Source: Octopus vulgaris
Lineage: Eukaryota
Length of the DNA: 64,000 nt
Assembly (NCBI GenBank): GCA_951406725.2
Contig: OX597824.1
Span: 36,084,001 to 36,148,000 of the forward strand
Direction: 5' to 3'
The position numbers and the translations under genes are program-made. The notes below the pieces were generated by a model that was not told the DNA's origin, made no database searches, and saw only the letters and a list, made by a program, of their open reading frames with translations. Shown here one piece after another: positions 41,401 through 53,600 of this stretch; the stretch's first letter is position 1, and each line of letters starts with the position of its first letter.

Positions 41401-44400
41401 AATACATAAGTATTTTAGTGATAGAAAAAAATCAAGGCAACATATTTAAAAAGAATTTAAAATTTTTCTCACATAATGTTAATGCTGTAGGAAGACTTGA
41501 AACCAAGTTGACACATGGCCCAGTTAAAATCACAACATTAACAACAGCTTCTCCATGTAACTGGCCAAGTTATGGACCAATCAGCAACCAGGTTTTATGT
41601 GATACTTCATTCTACTGGGTTGTCCGGAAAGTTCGTGCCAATTTATAGTAGCTTACCTTTTGACTTATTTTAGAACATGATTGAGTCCATAAAATAGGAT
41701 TTGACTACACCTCCATTTAGAGCACAGTTTAAGCTATCTTTGTGTGGAAGAAGGTTTATGTTCTTATAACCTGTGTTAATTCTGTAACCCTTTGAAATGG
41801 AAGATAAGAAAGTTCATTTTCGGCACTTGATGCTTTGGGAACCAGACAAAATTGCTGCAGCTTAGCTGGGATGTGTTACTCCACCCTCCATATTCACTGA
41901 TAGTGCTCCTTCGGATTTCCATTAATTCAAATCTCTGCAGAATAGTCCTAATGGTAAAAATTTCAATTCCTTAGATGACATAAAAAGATACCTTGATGAA
42001 TTCTTTGCCATGAAACCACCTCAATTCTGGGAAGAGGGTATTTTCAAGTCAAAAAAAGATGGAGACGCATTGTGAAACAAAATGGTTCATATTTGGTTGA
42101 TTAAAAATGTAATGGCAAGTATTTATTGACCTTTTTATTTCCTTTAAAAATTGGCATGAACTTTCCGGACAACCCAATAGAAGCCCCTAGAACATTTCCT
42201 TACAAAGGCATATTTTTAGTACCAACTTTGCAGAGTGTCAATGATAACCAAGTAAAATCTAGTGACAATGTAATTAAAACTGCAATAGCAAATAATTTAA
42301 GAGTTGTAATTGATTACAAATAATGTACAAATTTAGAAGCTACAGGTTCACAGTTGTTTTTAAAGATTTAATTGAAGGAGAAATGACTGTATCTATAACA
42401 CATATGATCTTTCATTAACCCTACAGAGAACAGCAGTTAATGCAGGTTTGTAAATATGATGTGGATGGTAGATATAAATTTCACATGACTACAACTTATT
42501 GTATTTGCAACAGGTGGGGGAGAGAAACAGCATAGTTGAAGACTAATAAAGTGGTTGGCAGTGGGGTGTTTATGAGAGTGGATTTACATATCAAGTAAGA
42601 TATAGTTGGAGAGAATGATGACAACAGACATTAATCAATAAAAACTTACTTGATGGTGGACATCGGATGGATTAAATTCCCCGAGAGCTTCCCAAGGAGA
42701 GTCTTCTTCAAAGAAGCGTACTCTTATGTTATCTATTTGAAAGCAAAGAATATTAAATACAATTAAAACATAATTACTCACATAGATATACACACATGAA
42801 CACACACATATATACAGCACCATTATCATCATTTAATGTCCCCTTTTTAATGCTTACATCGGTCAGACAGAATTTGTTAAGGCAGATTTTCTACAGTTGG
42901 ATGCCCTTCCAGTCACAAATCCTCACTGGTTTTATATATATATATATCATCATCATCATCATCATCATCATCATTGTTTATATATATATATATTACATAA
43001 ATATATATATATAAGAGAGAATGTGCTGTAAATGATGAAGAAGTAGGAGTCCTGCTTGGGAGAGAGCAGTATATATACATATACAGGCACACACATACAT
43101 GCAATTGCATATATGTGTTTTACAGCCTCTTAATCACTACTCTTGTTTTAGAGAGCATTTTTCCATAGGAATAAGTTTTCTGTAACAGTATATTATCCCT
43201 AACCAACCAAACTGTCTTATCCATACCAGCACAGACAACGGACACTAAATGATGATGATGATGATGATGATGAGAGAGATAGGAGGGAGGTGACCAAAGT
43301 CTACATCACCCAGGGAATAGAATAATAACAGAGGGATGATAAGGATCTGAGAGAAAAGGAACAAGAATATGGTGAGGTGCAAGTTGATATACAGTGACAG
43401 GCAGTATAGGAAAGGAGAGAGCAGGAGACACAAAGGGGTGAGTGTGGGGGGGAGACACTGGGCACAAGTGGTTCAGTGTAGCCACATACACATAGGCAAT
43501 GAGATGGGCCGGAGAGGTTGGAATAATGAAGATGGTGGCAGGGTAAATAAAAAATAGCAGCAAGAGAGCTGCATAAAGGAGTGACAGAGAGAAAGTCACT
43601 AATGTACAGTGATATACATCCAGCTGTATAAAATTATACCAAAAGTGAAATGCTGGAAGAAGACTAGGTTCTTCAACCTGTTTGACCCTGTTCAACCATT
43701 CAAGCCATGCCAGCATGAAAAACAGATATGAAATGACGATGAGAATGAGGATGATATAAACTAGGGATCAGGTGTAGTGTGCAAGAAAGAAGAGCCGGTA
43801 TGAATCTGTGATGCATTTATAAGGGAATGCAGTGGGAAAGAATCTAAGGAAGAGTAAAAGCAATGAGGACAGAGGAATAGGTGAAATCTGATCTGAGAAA
43901 AGGTGGACATCAGAAAGGTGGTGCTAAAGACCTGTACACTCCATGTAAGCATACAAAGAACAGGTGCATAAATGAGGTTGTTGATGATGGACTCACTCTG
44001 CTATTTCTAAAAATAAATGAACATACTACCGTCCTATTTGCTGAATCACAGGAGCTACCTACTCATGTAAATGGTTGAACCTTCAACAAACAATTAACTG
44101 TTAGTTAGAATAAGCATAACATAACTAAGCCTGTAAATCTCAACATGCATTCTATTTCAGGGGACCTGTACAGTTTCTGTCAACCCGATTTCATTTAACA
44201 CATTCAGATTACACTGTCAAATGTAATGCGTATTTATTCACATTGCTTTGAATTAGTCACACATTATGTCATAGTTTCAAGATTTTAATGACGTGATAGT
44301 TTTTTTTCTTTTTTTTAGAATGTCATTGTAAGGTAGGTATGAGAGGTCAGCTCTGGATGATTTGAGCAAAAAACAGATAAAATATTTGGGCAAAATTCTT

Positions 44401-46033
44401 GGTGGCATTTCATCCATCTTTATGTTCTAAGTTCAAATGCCACCAGAGTCGACTTTGCTTTTCATCCTTTCAGGGTCGATAAAATAAGTACCAGTGCCAA
44501 AATCTGAAATCAATATTAATAATAGCATTTTAGCACACTGGGAAAAATGCATAGTGGCATTTTGTCTGTCTTGACATGCTGAGTTCAAATCCTGCTGAGG
44601 TCAGCTTAGTCTTTTATCTTTTCAGGGTCAATAAAATAAGTACCATTTGAACACTGGAGTAGATGTAATTGACTATCCCCCCACCCCACAATAAGGTTAA
44701 GGAAGAAGACACTTGCTCATCGCCACCCCCACACACACACAAACACATGCCCATACATGCAAATACTTCAGTCCTTATTCTTACATAGTCAAACACTATA
44801 CAGATGCTATTCACAACATACACAAACAGCACAGCATCAAACTAAAATAGCTCTACCAAAGGAAATAAATTGAACTCACCTTTTGCAACTTTCTCACAGA
44901 GTAAAAACACTTCATCACGTCCACAAGCTCGTCCTGAACATTTGTCCATTCTAACAATGGACAACTCATTTTGAGTTTCTAAAACAATAAAATATTGTTA
45001 TCTTTTTTTTATTTTTACATTCCATTTCATGTAAATCAACTAATTCAAAAATTGATTTTTAAAGATTAAGGTATAATATTTAGACATTAACTGAAAAAGA
45101 ATTACATTGAAATCTTTCTAGTAGGAGTAATTTCTGGCGAAAGAGACAGAGAGAGAAAAAGAAACAGAATAAATTGGAAATGTTCTTAGTTATTCTGGAA
45201 TATTCCTGCCCAACAAATCATTATTTACTGTATAACCTTAGTTATCTGTTCAAGTCTGAACTCTGACGGTTATCAACAAAACTCATCTTTGTGACAATTT
45301 TACAATATTGTGGACCAGTGCAATCAGATGAAAAATACTAAATCTACTGTCATTTTGCTAATATGTACTGGAAATAGTAAAATAATAAATGAAGAATTAT
45401 TCTTAAAATAAAACAGTGTTTTACTATTTCAATTTCTTTTCCTCATCAAATGAATTTAATAATTACAAAAATTGCCATTATCAGTTGCTTATACTTGTTT
45501 TTATATATCTGGAATTAAAAAGCAACACAGTCTTAGGTATAGTGCATATGAAATATATATATATATACCTATCAGATGGGGCTGTGTGGTAAGAAGCTTG
45601 CTTCCCAACCACAAGGTACTGGTACGTTTACATCCCCGTAACTTAGCAGTTTAGCAAAAGAAACTGATAGAGTAAGTATTAATATGAAGCATCAAAAGAA
45701 AGCCTTGGGGCCAATTTGATTGGCCATAATCCTTCAAGGTGATGCTCCAGTATGGCTGCAGTCAAATAATTGAAACAAGTGAAAGAATAAAAAGTATATA
45801 TATATATTTGTTTTGCAAGATTCTTGATGTGAAACAGATATTGTTGTATTAGGGATGGTGATTAAATACATTGTTTCTATATGATAAAAGCTGCGAAATG
45901 ATCATAATCTTTTGGCTGTCAATTGGTGAAATAAATTTTTTTATCTTATACCTCCGGTCTTTCTTATATTTTATATATATGTGTATATATATACATATAT
46001 ATATATGTGTGTATATATATATATACATATATA

Positions 46034-46119
<86 letters not shown>

Positions 46120-49100
46120 CATATACATATATACACCAGAGTAAGCACATAAATGTGAAACAAGGTGGAGAAAATAGTACCTGAATACTGGAGGTAGAGT
46201 AATATGCTTTATTAATAAAGCTGCAAAGACATCACAAAAACTGTTACTCTGAGTTTCATGTTCCCGTTTGTCGGGAACATGAAACTCTGAGTATCAGTTT
46301 TTGTGATGTCTTTGCAGCTTTATTAATAGTATATTTATATACATATATATATATATATCATAATTTAGCATTTGTTTTCCAGCTAGCATGGGTTAGATGG
46401 TTTGACTGAAACTGGTAAACTGGAGAGCTGTGCCAGGCTACAGTCTGTTTTGGCTTGGTTTCTATGGCTGGATAATCTTCCCAATGCCAACCACTCCATA
46501 GGGTGTCCTAGGTGTCTTTTACATGTCACCAGCATGGGTACATTTCATGTGTCACAGACACAGGTACCTTTTGTGTGTTACTAGCTTGGGTATCATTTGC
46601 GTGTCACTGGCATGGTTGCCTCACATGTGTCACCAGCATGGTGCCATTCACGTGTCACCAGCACTGGCCATGATTACAATTTCATTAAGCTTGACATGTT
46701 TTCTCAAGCACAGCAAATCACCAAAAGTTTCAGTCACTTATCATCCCCTCAGTGAGACTCAACATCCAAAGATCTTATTTCACGATCTCATTCCACGTCT
46801 GGCATCAAAGTTTTGTGCAAATAAGCTATTGTTACTACTGGGGGAGATTCATTTAATCAAAAAATTCTTCAAGGCAGTGCCCAAGCATGGCCACAGCCTA
46901 ATCTCTCTCTATATAAAGCTGAAGTTGTCTGTGTATGGCAGTCAAATCGGACCATGTTAACATCAAAAATTATTTACATGTAAAAGGTGCTTTTTTTCTA
47001 TGAAAATCCGTATTTTTTACGATTTTTTGACTGCTGTGTCACCATTTTGCAGTGTATTTCAACCAGAAAAATGTTCACTTAAAGAGACTAACAAGCTACA
47101 TAATGCAAAATTTTTACTTTTCAAAAATTCCAATTCTAAAGGGTCGAAACAAACCCGAGCAACGCCGGGCGATACTGCTAGTGACTGAAACAGGTAAAAG
47201 ATAAAGCATAACAGTGATAAAGTCAGCCAAGCCCACTTACTTTTGTCAATGATCGGTTGGGAGACGACAGCATTCAATGGGATTCTGTATTGACCTTGAG
47301 AATCTTGTATAAATGTTTGGAAACAAAGACGAATGACACTAAAATCAATATTCAAATTGTGTGCATGATCAAATCCAGCTAGAAGAAGAAAAAGGAACAA
47401 ATGCACAATTTTAAAATTTTCATCCATAAATCCAAATTCCAGCAACAGTTTATTACAATTATTTACAAAACTAAAATCACATGCAAGTAGTTCTTTAAGT
47501 TTGAGATTTTGTGTGAATCTTTCCATAGCATTCTCTTTTCTCAGAAGATACATAAAACAAAGTTAAAATGCACAAATGCCATAACTGTAAACAGTATTAA
47601 TGAATATAATTTAATAACATAAGCGAATCAACAGACCTATTATTAATATTGATTTCAAATTTTGGTACAAGGCCATCAATTTCAGGGGATGGGGGTAACT
47701 CGATTATAATCAATTCCAGTGCTCAACATATATTCGTTTTATTGATTCTGAAGGGATGAATGGGTAAAGTCAACTTCGGTAGAATTTGAATTCAGAATTT
47801 GAAATGCTGCTAAGCATTTTGCTCAATGTGATAATGATTCTGCCAGTTCACTGTCTTACTGCTGTTATTAATATTGGCTTTAAATTTTGGTACAAGGCCA
47901 GCACTTTCAGGAGAGTGGGTAAGTCAATTACATCAATCCCAGTGCTCTACTAGTACTTATTTTATCGACCCTGAAAGGATGAAAAGTAAAGTCGACCCCG
48001 GCAGCATTTGAACTGAGAACATAAAGATGGATGAAATGCTGCTAAGCATTTTACCCAGCATGCTAATGGTTCTGCCTTACTGTCAATATCAATAGCGATT
48101 TCATAAGGCCAGCAGTTTTGGGGTATTGTGGAGTAGGGGATAGTCAAATGGTGTTCAAATGGTACTTATTTTATTGACCCTGAAAAGATAAAAGACTAAG
48201 CTGACCTCAGCAGGATTTGAACTCAGCATGTCAAGACAGACGAAATTCCACTATGCATTTTCCCCAGTGTGCTAAAATGCTATTATTAATATTGATTTCA
48301 GATTTTGGCACAACTGGTACTTATTTTATCGATCCTGAAAGGATGTAAGGCGAAGTCGACTCTGGTGGCATTTGAACTCAGAACATAAAGATGGATGAAA
48401 TGCCACTAAGAATTTTGATATTAGAAGTAAATAATTGCTGTAATCTTCTGTCGTACATAAAAAGCACAAAAAAAAAAGGAAAAGTTTAAAAAAGCGAAAG
48501 TGAAATTAAGATTTCAATCAATATGAGATTAACTCTTTTACACTATTACTAGTACCAGTTACTGGATTGTGGTCAGGTATAAATATACAATGTTGTGTGT
48601 GTGTGTGTGAGTGATCTTCGTTCTTCTTTATGTCTTTAACCCTCCAATGCGGAGTATAGGCCACTTATAGTTGAATTCCATGTCGCATAATTTTTGGCTT
48701 CTGTACTTATACTCTGCCATGAATATCCCCCTTTCTCTAGTACCTTTTGTGTTGATCTACGCCACAAGTTCTTAGGCCTACCTCTCTTTCTATATCCATC
48801 CAGTTTCCATTGTAAAGCACTTTTTGCTACATTTGGTGTGTCTTTTCTAATTGTGCTACCAATCCACTTCCACTTTTTCTTAAATATTTGCTCTCTAATT
48901 GAAACTTGATTTGTGTGTATGAGAGAGAGTTAATGTTAGTTTTTATGTCAAGTTCTGATAAAAACAATTTTACATTAAAGCAGAGGACTACTCAATACTT
49001 TTCTGTGGAGCACATATTTGTTATTTTTTTAAACAAGAATAGCATAGATAGAATTTCAAAATTTCAGCTTGTCAAGCTATCCTCATATTGTTTGATGATA

Positions 49101-50559
49101 GCAGGCCAAAACTTACAGTCAATACTATTCTTTTAGAAAATATGTATGTATGTACAGTGCACAGCCTTTCCTCACTTTAAAAAAAAATCTTCTTGCACAG
49201 GCATTGCACGATAACAACATTGATTAAGCTTCACGCAATGGCCATACTCGATAATGAGGGGGAAGCCACCATGTACATATATGCCAAATTTCACTAAAAA
49301 TTAGACTGACCCGAGGCTGTAACATTTACCCAAAGTTCTACAGCATGGAATCAAGCCTTGAACTATGTGATTGCTAAAAGAAATTAGCAACTACATGCCA
49401 ATGTCTGTGACTGTACCAAACCATTTTACAGTTGAATAAGAACCTAATAGAAAATGTTAAAACTTACTTTTAAATGGATCTACATTAATTTCTTGTCGTG
49501 TTTTCAGAGCTTCAGCAACTTCTTTCTTTTTGACACACTGAATTCCAAGATTTTGAAAACTACAAAATAAAAAAAAAGAAAATTTTAGAAAAAAACAAAG
49601 ATTTGAAAATGCTGATACAGGTATGATATAGGTGCAGGTATGGCATAGGTGCAGATATGGTATAAGTGCAGGTATGGCATAATTGCAGGTATGGCTGAGT
49701 GGTAAGAAGTTTGCTTTCCAACCACATGGTTTCAGGTTCAGTTCTACTGTGCGACAACTTGGGCAAATGTCTTTAACTATATCTTTGGGCTGACCAAAGA
49801 CTTGTAAGTGGATTTGGTGGTTGGAAACTGAAAGAAGCCCATCGTATATGTATATGTGTGTGTGTATTTGTGTTTGCCCCCACCACTATTTGACAACCAG
49901 CGTTGGTGTTTATATCCCTGTAACTTAGCAGTTCAGCAAAAGTACCTGAAAAAATAAGTACCAGGCTTAAAATAAAGATAAAATCTAAGGTTGATTCATT
50001 TGACTAAAATTCTTCAAGGCATGGCCACAGTCTAATGACTGAAACAATTGAAAGAAAGAGTTTGGTTGGTTAACTTACGAAATGGTATCTGAAACAGAAC
50101 ACTTCACAGTACAGACTCCTTTTTTGCAATCTTTGCCCACAAGGGAGTGAGGATGAGGCTTTGGTGGATCATCTTTGGTGACACATGACACAATTACAAC
50201 AGCAGGACCTTTGTAATTGCAAATCTGTAAAGATATAAAGAAGGTAAAGAATTATATCTTACCTATGAAAATTACATGTAAATATTTAATATAAAATATA
50301 GCAAATATAAAAATAAATATTAAAATATAGCAAAAAAAAGCAAGTAGTGAAATATAAAATACATTTACAAACAACTTTTTAAATACTGTTTGAAATTACA
50401 GTTCTATATTTAAGAGATAAGGAATTATATATATTATTTACATTATTTACATTTGACGGATATTTGTCCTCATCTTGTTTGTTAACATAACATTTTGGCT
50501 TCATCAGGTGTCTTGGGGAAATTTTGAACCTGGGTTCTCATTCCTAAGGTATTTTTTCG

Positions 50560-50607
<48 letters not shown>

Positions 50608-53600
50608 TAATAATAATAATAATGATAATAATAATAATAACATGGAAGAATACCTTAGGAAAGAGAACCCAAGTTCGAAATTTCCCCAAGACACCTGATG
50701 AAGGCTGGAGGGTAATGCAGAGAAATATGAGAATTTATTTTCACATGGAGCTGCTCTGAATCAAGGATCCATTCTATACATTGCTGAACCATGGCCACTA
50801 ACAGAACCCTCAGTACTCTAATTTCACAGGCACACACCATGAAGATGGGGATTTCCTTTTCTACCACCTTTCAAGTATCACCTCTGTTGCATTATCAGTC
50901 TAGCTGCCACAGTTTTTCAATATCATTTCTCTGATCTAAAAACTACTATTTTTTTCTAATCTTCTCTCTATCAAAAGAGGAAAAAACAAACAAACAAACA
51001 AACACAATACAAGACTTGTGCAACCTCAAACTGATATCACAGGGCATCTTTTACATTCAATTTGAAACTGAAAACTATCAATTTTGGACGGTCCCACAAT
51101 AACATGATAGATGTATTGATTACATTCTTTAGAGGTATCTATAATAGAAAACTTGAGAAGACCCATCAAGCCAATTGAAATCAACATCGTGGCTGATGTT
51201 AGTGTCATGTAACTGGAACTCATGCAAGTAGCATGTAAAAGCACTCTTTGAACATTGGACAATATGCTGTACTTGAGAAGATCCATCAAGCCAAGTGAAA
51301 TCATAGTCATGGCTGATGCCAGTGTCACATAACTGGCACCTGTGCCAGTGACATGTAAAAAGCACCCTTCAAACTTTGGGCCTCACAGAGGCAGTGACAA
51401 GTAACTGAGACCTTTGACAATATACCATGTTTGAGAAGACTTATCAAGCCAAGTGAGATCATAGTCATGGCTGATGCCAGTGTTTTTGTAACTGGCACCT
51501 GTGCCAGTGCATGTAAAAAGTACCCACTACACTCTTGGAGTAGTTGGCGTTAGGAAAAGTGTCTAGCTGTAGAAACCATGCCAAATCAGATTGGAACCTG
51601 GTGCAGCTCCCCAGCTTACCAGTTTTCCGTCAAACAGTCCGACCCATTCGTGCTTAGAAAACAGACATTAGATGATGATGATGATGATGATGAAGCTGAC
51701 TACATCAAATATTTACCTTTATGGTAGGATATGACTTTTTCTCATTTGTACTTTTCTCTCCAGGAATGCTGCCAGCAGACCGTCCTTCACACTGATACCG
51801 AAAACGGAAACCATGAGTTTTCGGTTGATCAACAATGATAACATAGGGTTTGTCATCCGGAATTATATTTGCAGCAGGTTTTTGTACTGGCATCACTTTT
51901 GGGGCTGGTACTAATGTGGTCAACTGTTGGTCATCATGTGAAACTAAACAGTCAGTAGAAAAAGCGGTCACTGAAATATGAAAAAGAGTAAAAAGAGTTC
52001 ATTCAAAAATGTTTAAAAGCAAATCTTTTCCCTCAACAATTTAAAGATGCAATGATTGTACATCTATATAAGTATAAAGGTAATAAGTGTGAATGTAACA
52101 ATCATTGTAGCATATCGCTGTTCTCTGTTGGGGTATTGTGGGGTGGGGGGATAGTCAATTACATCTACCCCAGTGTTCAAATGGTACTTATTTTATTGAC
52201 CCTGAAAAGATAAAAGACTAAGCTGACCTCAGCAGATTTGAACTCAGCATGTCAAGACAGACGAAGGACCACTATGCATTTTCCCCAGTGTGCTAAAATG
52301 CTATTATTAATATTGATTTCAGATTTTGGCACAACTGGTACTTATTTTATCGATCCTGAAAGTATGTAAGGCAAAGTCGACTCTGGTGGCATTTGAACTC
52401 AGAACATAAAGAGTCATCTTAGACAGAATTAAATTTGACTTAGTTGGTTCTGTCTATATAGAGAGTCAGCATAGGTCTAGGTCAGATGGGATAGTGGATA
52501 TGATATTCAGCTGGCAACAAGTTCAGAAGAAGGTCCAGGAGCACAATAAAGACCTCTATGTGGTATCTGTTGACCTTACAAAAGTTTTTGACTCTGTATA
52601 TCAGCAGGCTTTGTCAAAAGTATTAGCAAAACTCATGATTCTTGAGTAAATGCTAAATGTCAGTGTCCTAACATAAAGATATGGAGACATCTGTTCTTTC
52701 AAATAGCAGTCAGTCTCAGCTTTTTGATGTTAAAAATGGTACAAAACAGGATTGTGCTTTGGCACAATTTGCACTATTTTTCCCAGTAATGCAGGATTGT
52801 ACCTTTTCTGATGTAGAAGAGGGTGTGTTTCTTGAATATAGGACAACAGGTATCATCTTCAACCAACAACATTTCAAATTAAGGACTAAACTTCAATGTC
52901 ATGCAATAAGAAACTGTCTGCAGACGATTGCCCTTTTGCACCTTAGTTGTGCATATACTCAAAGACATTCAGCACATCACTGATATATTTGCAAGAGCAG
53001 CCAGATGTTTTGGCTTAACTATCAGCATAAAAAAAACCGAACTCTTGTATCAGCCACATTCCGGTAATAATCAAGAAATCTTGCCCAGTATATTTGTTGA
53101 AGGCGAAGCTCTGAAAACAGGGGAGGTTTACACATATTTGGGTTCTACAGTAAAAAGTAATGCTAAACTCAATAGGGAGGTCCAAACTCGTATTGAAAAG
53201 ACCAGTACAGCTTTTGAGAAGCTTTATGGATCAACTCTGGAATGTCATGATGTCTCAGTAAGGACAAAAATAGATGTGTATAAATCACTTGTCCAAACCA
53301 ATCTTTTATATGGAGCAGAATATAAAAGATTGGTGAAATGAAAAGCTTTCATATGAGATGTCTTAGGCAAATATGCAAGGGTAAGGGAGATGATAGCGAA
53401 AAGAAGAGCACTATCCTGGAAATGTGTGGAATAACTGATATAAATGTTTTCTTACTCAAGTCTCAAATGTGATGTGTGGACACAACTATCACAGGTATAA
53501 TGGTCGAATACTAAATCAAATCTTTTAGGCTCTGGTTGTAAATTTATGATGCAATGTAGGCCAGCCATTTTTATGATATAAGAACAAATTCAAAGGTGAT

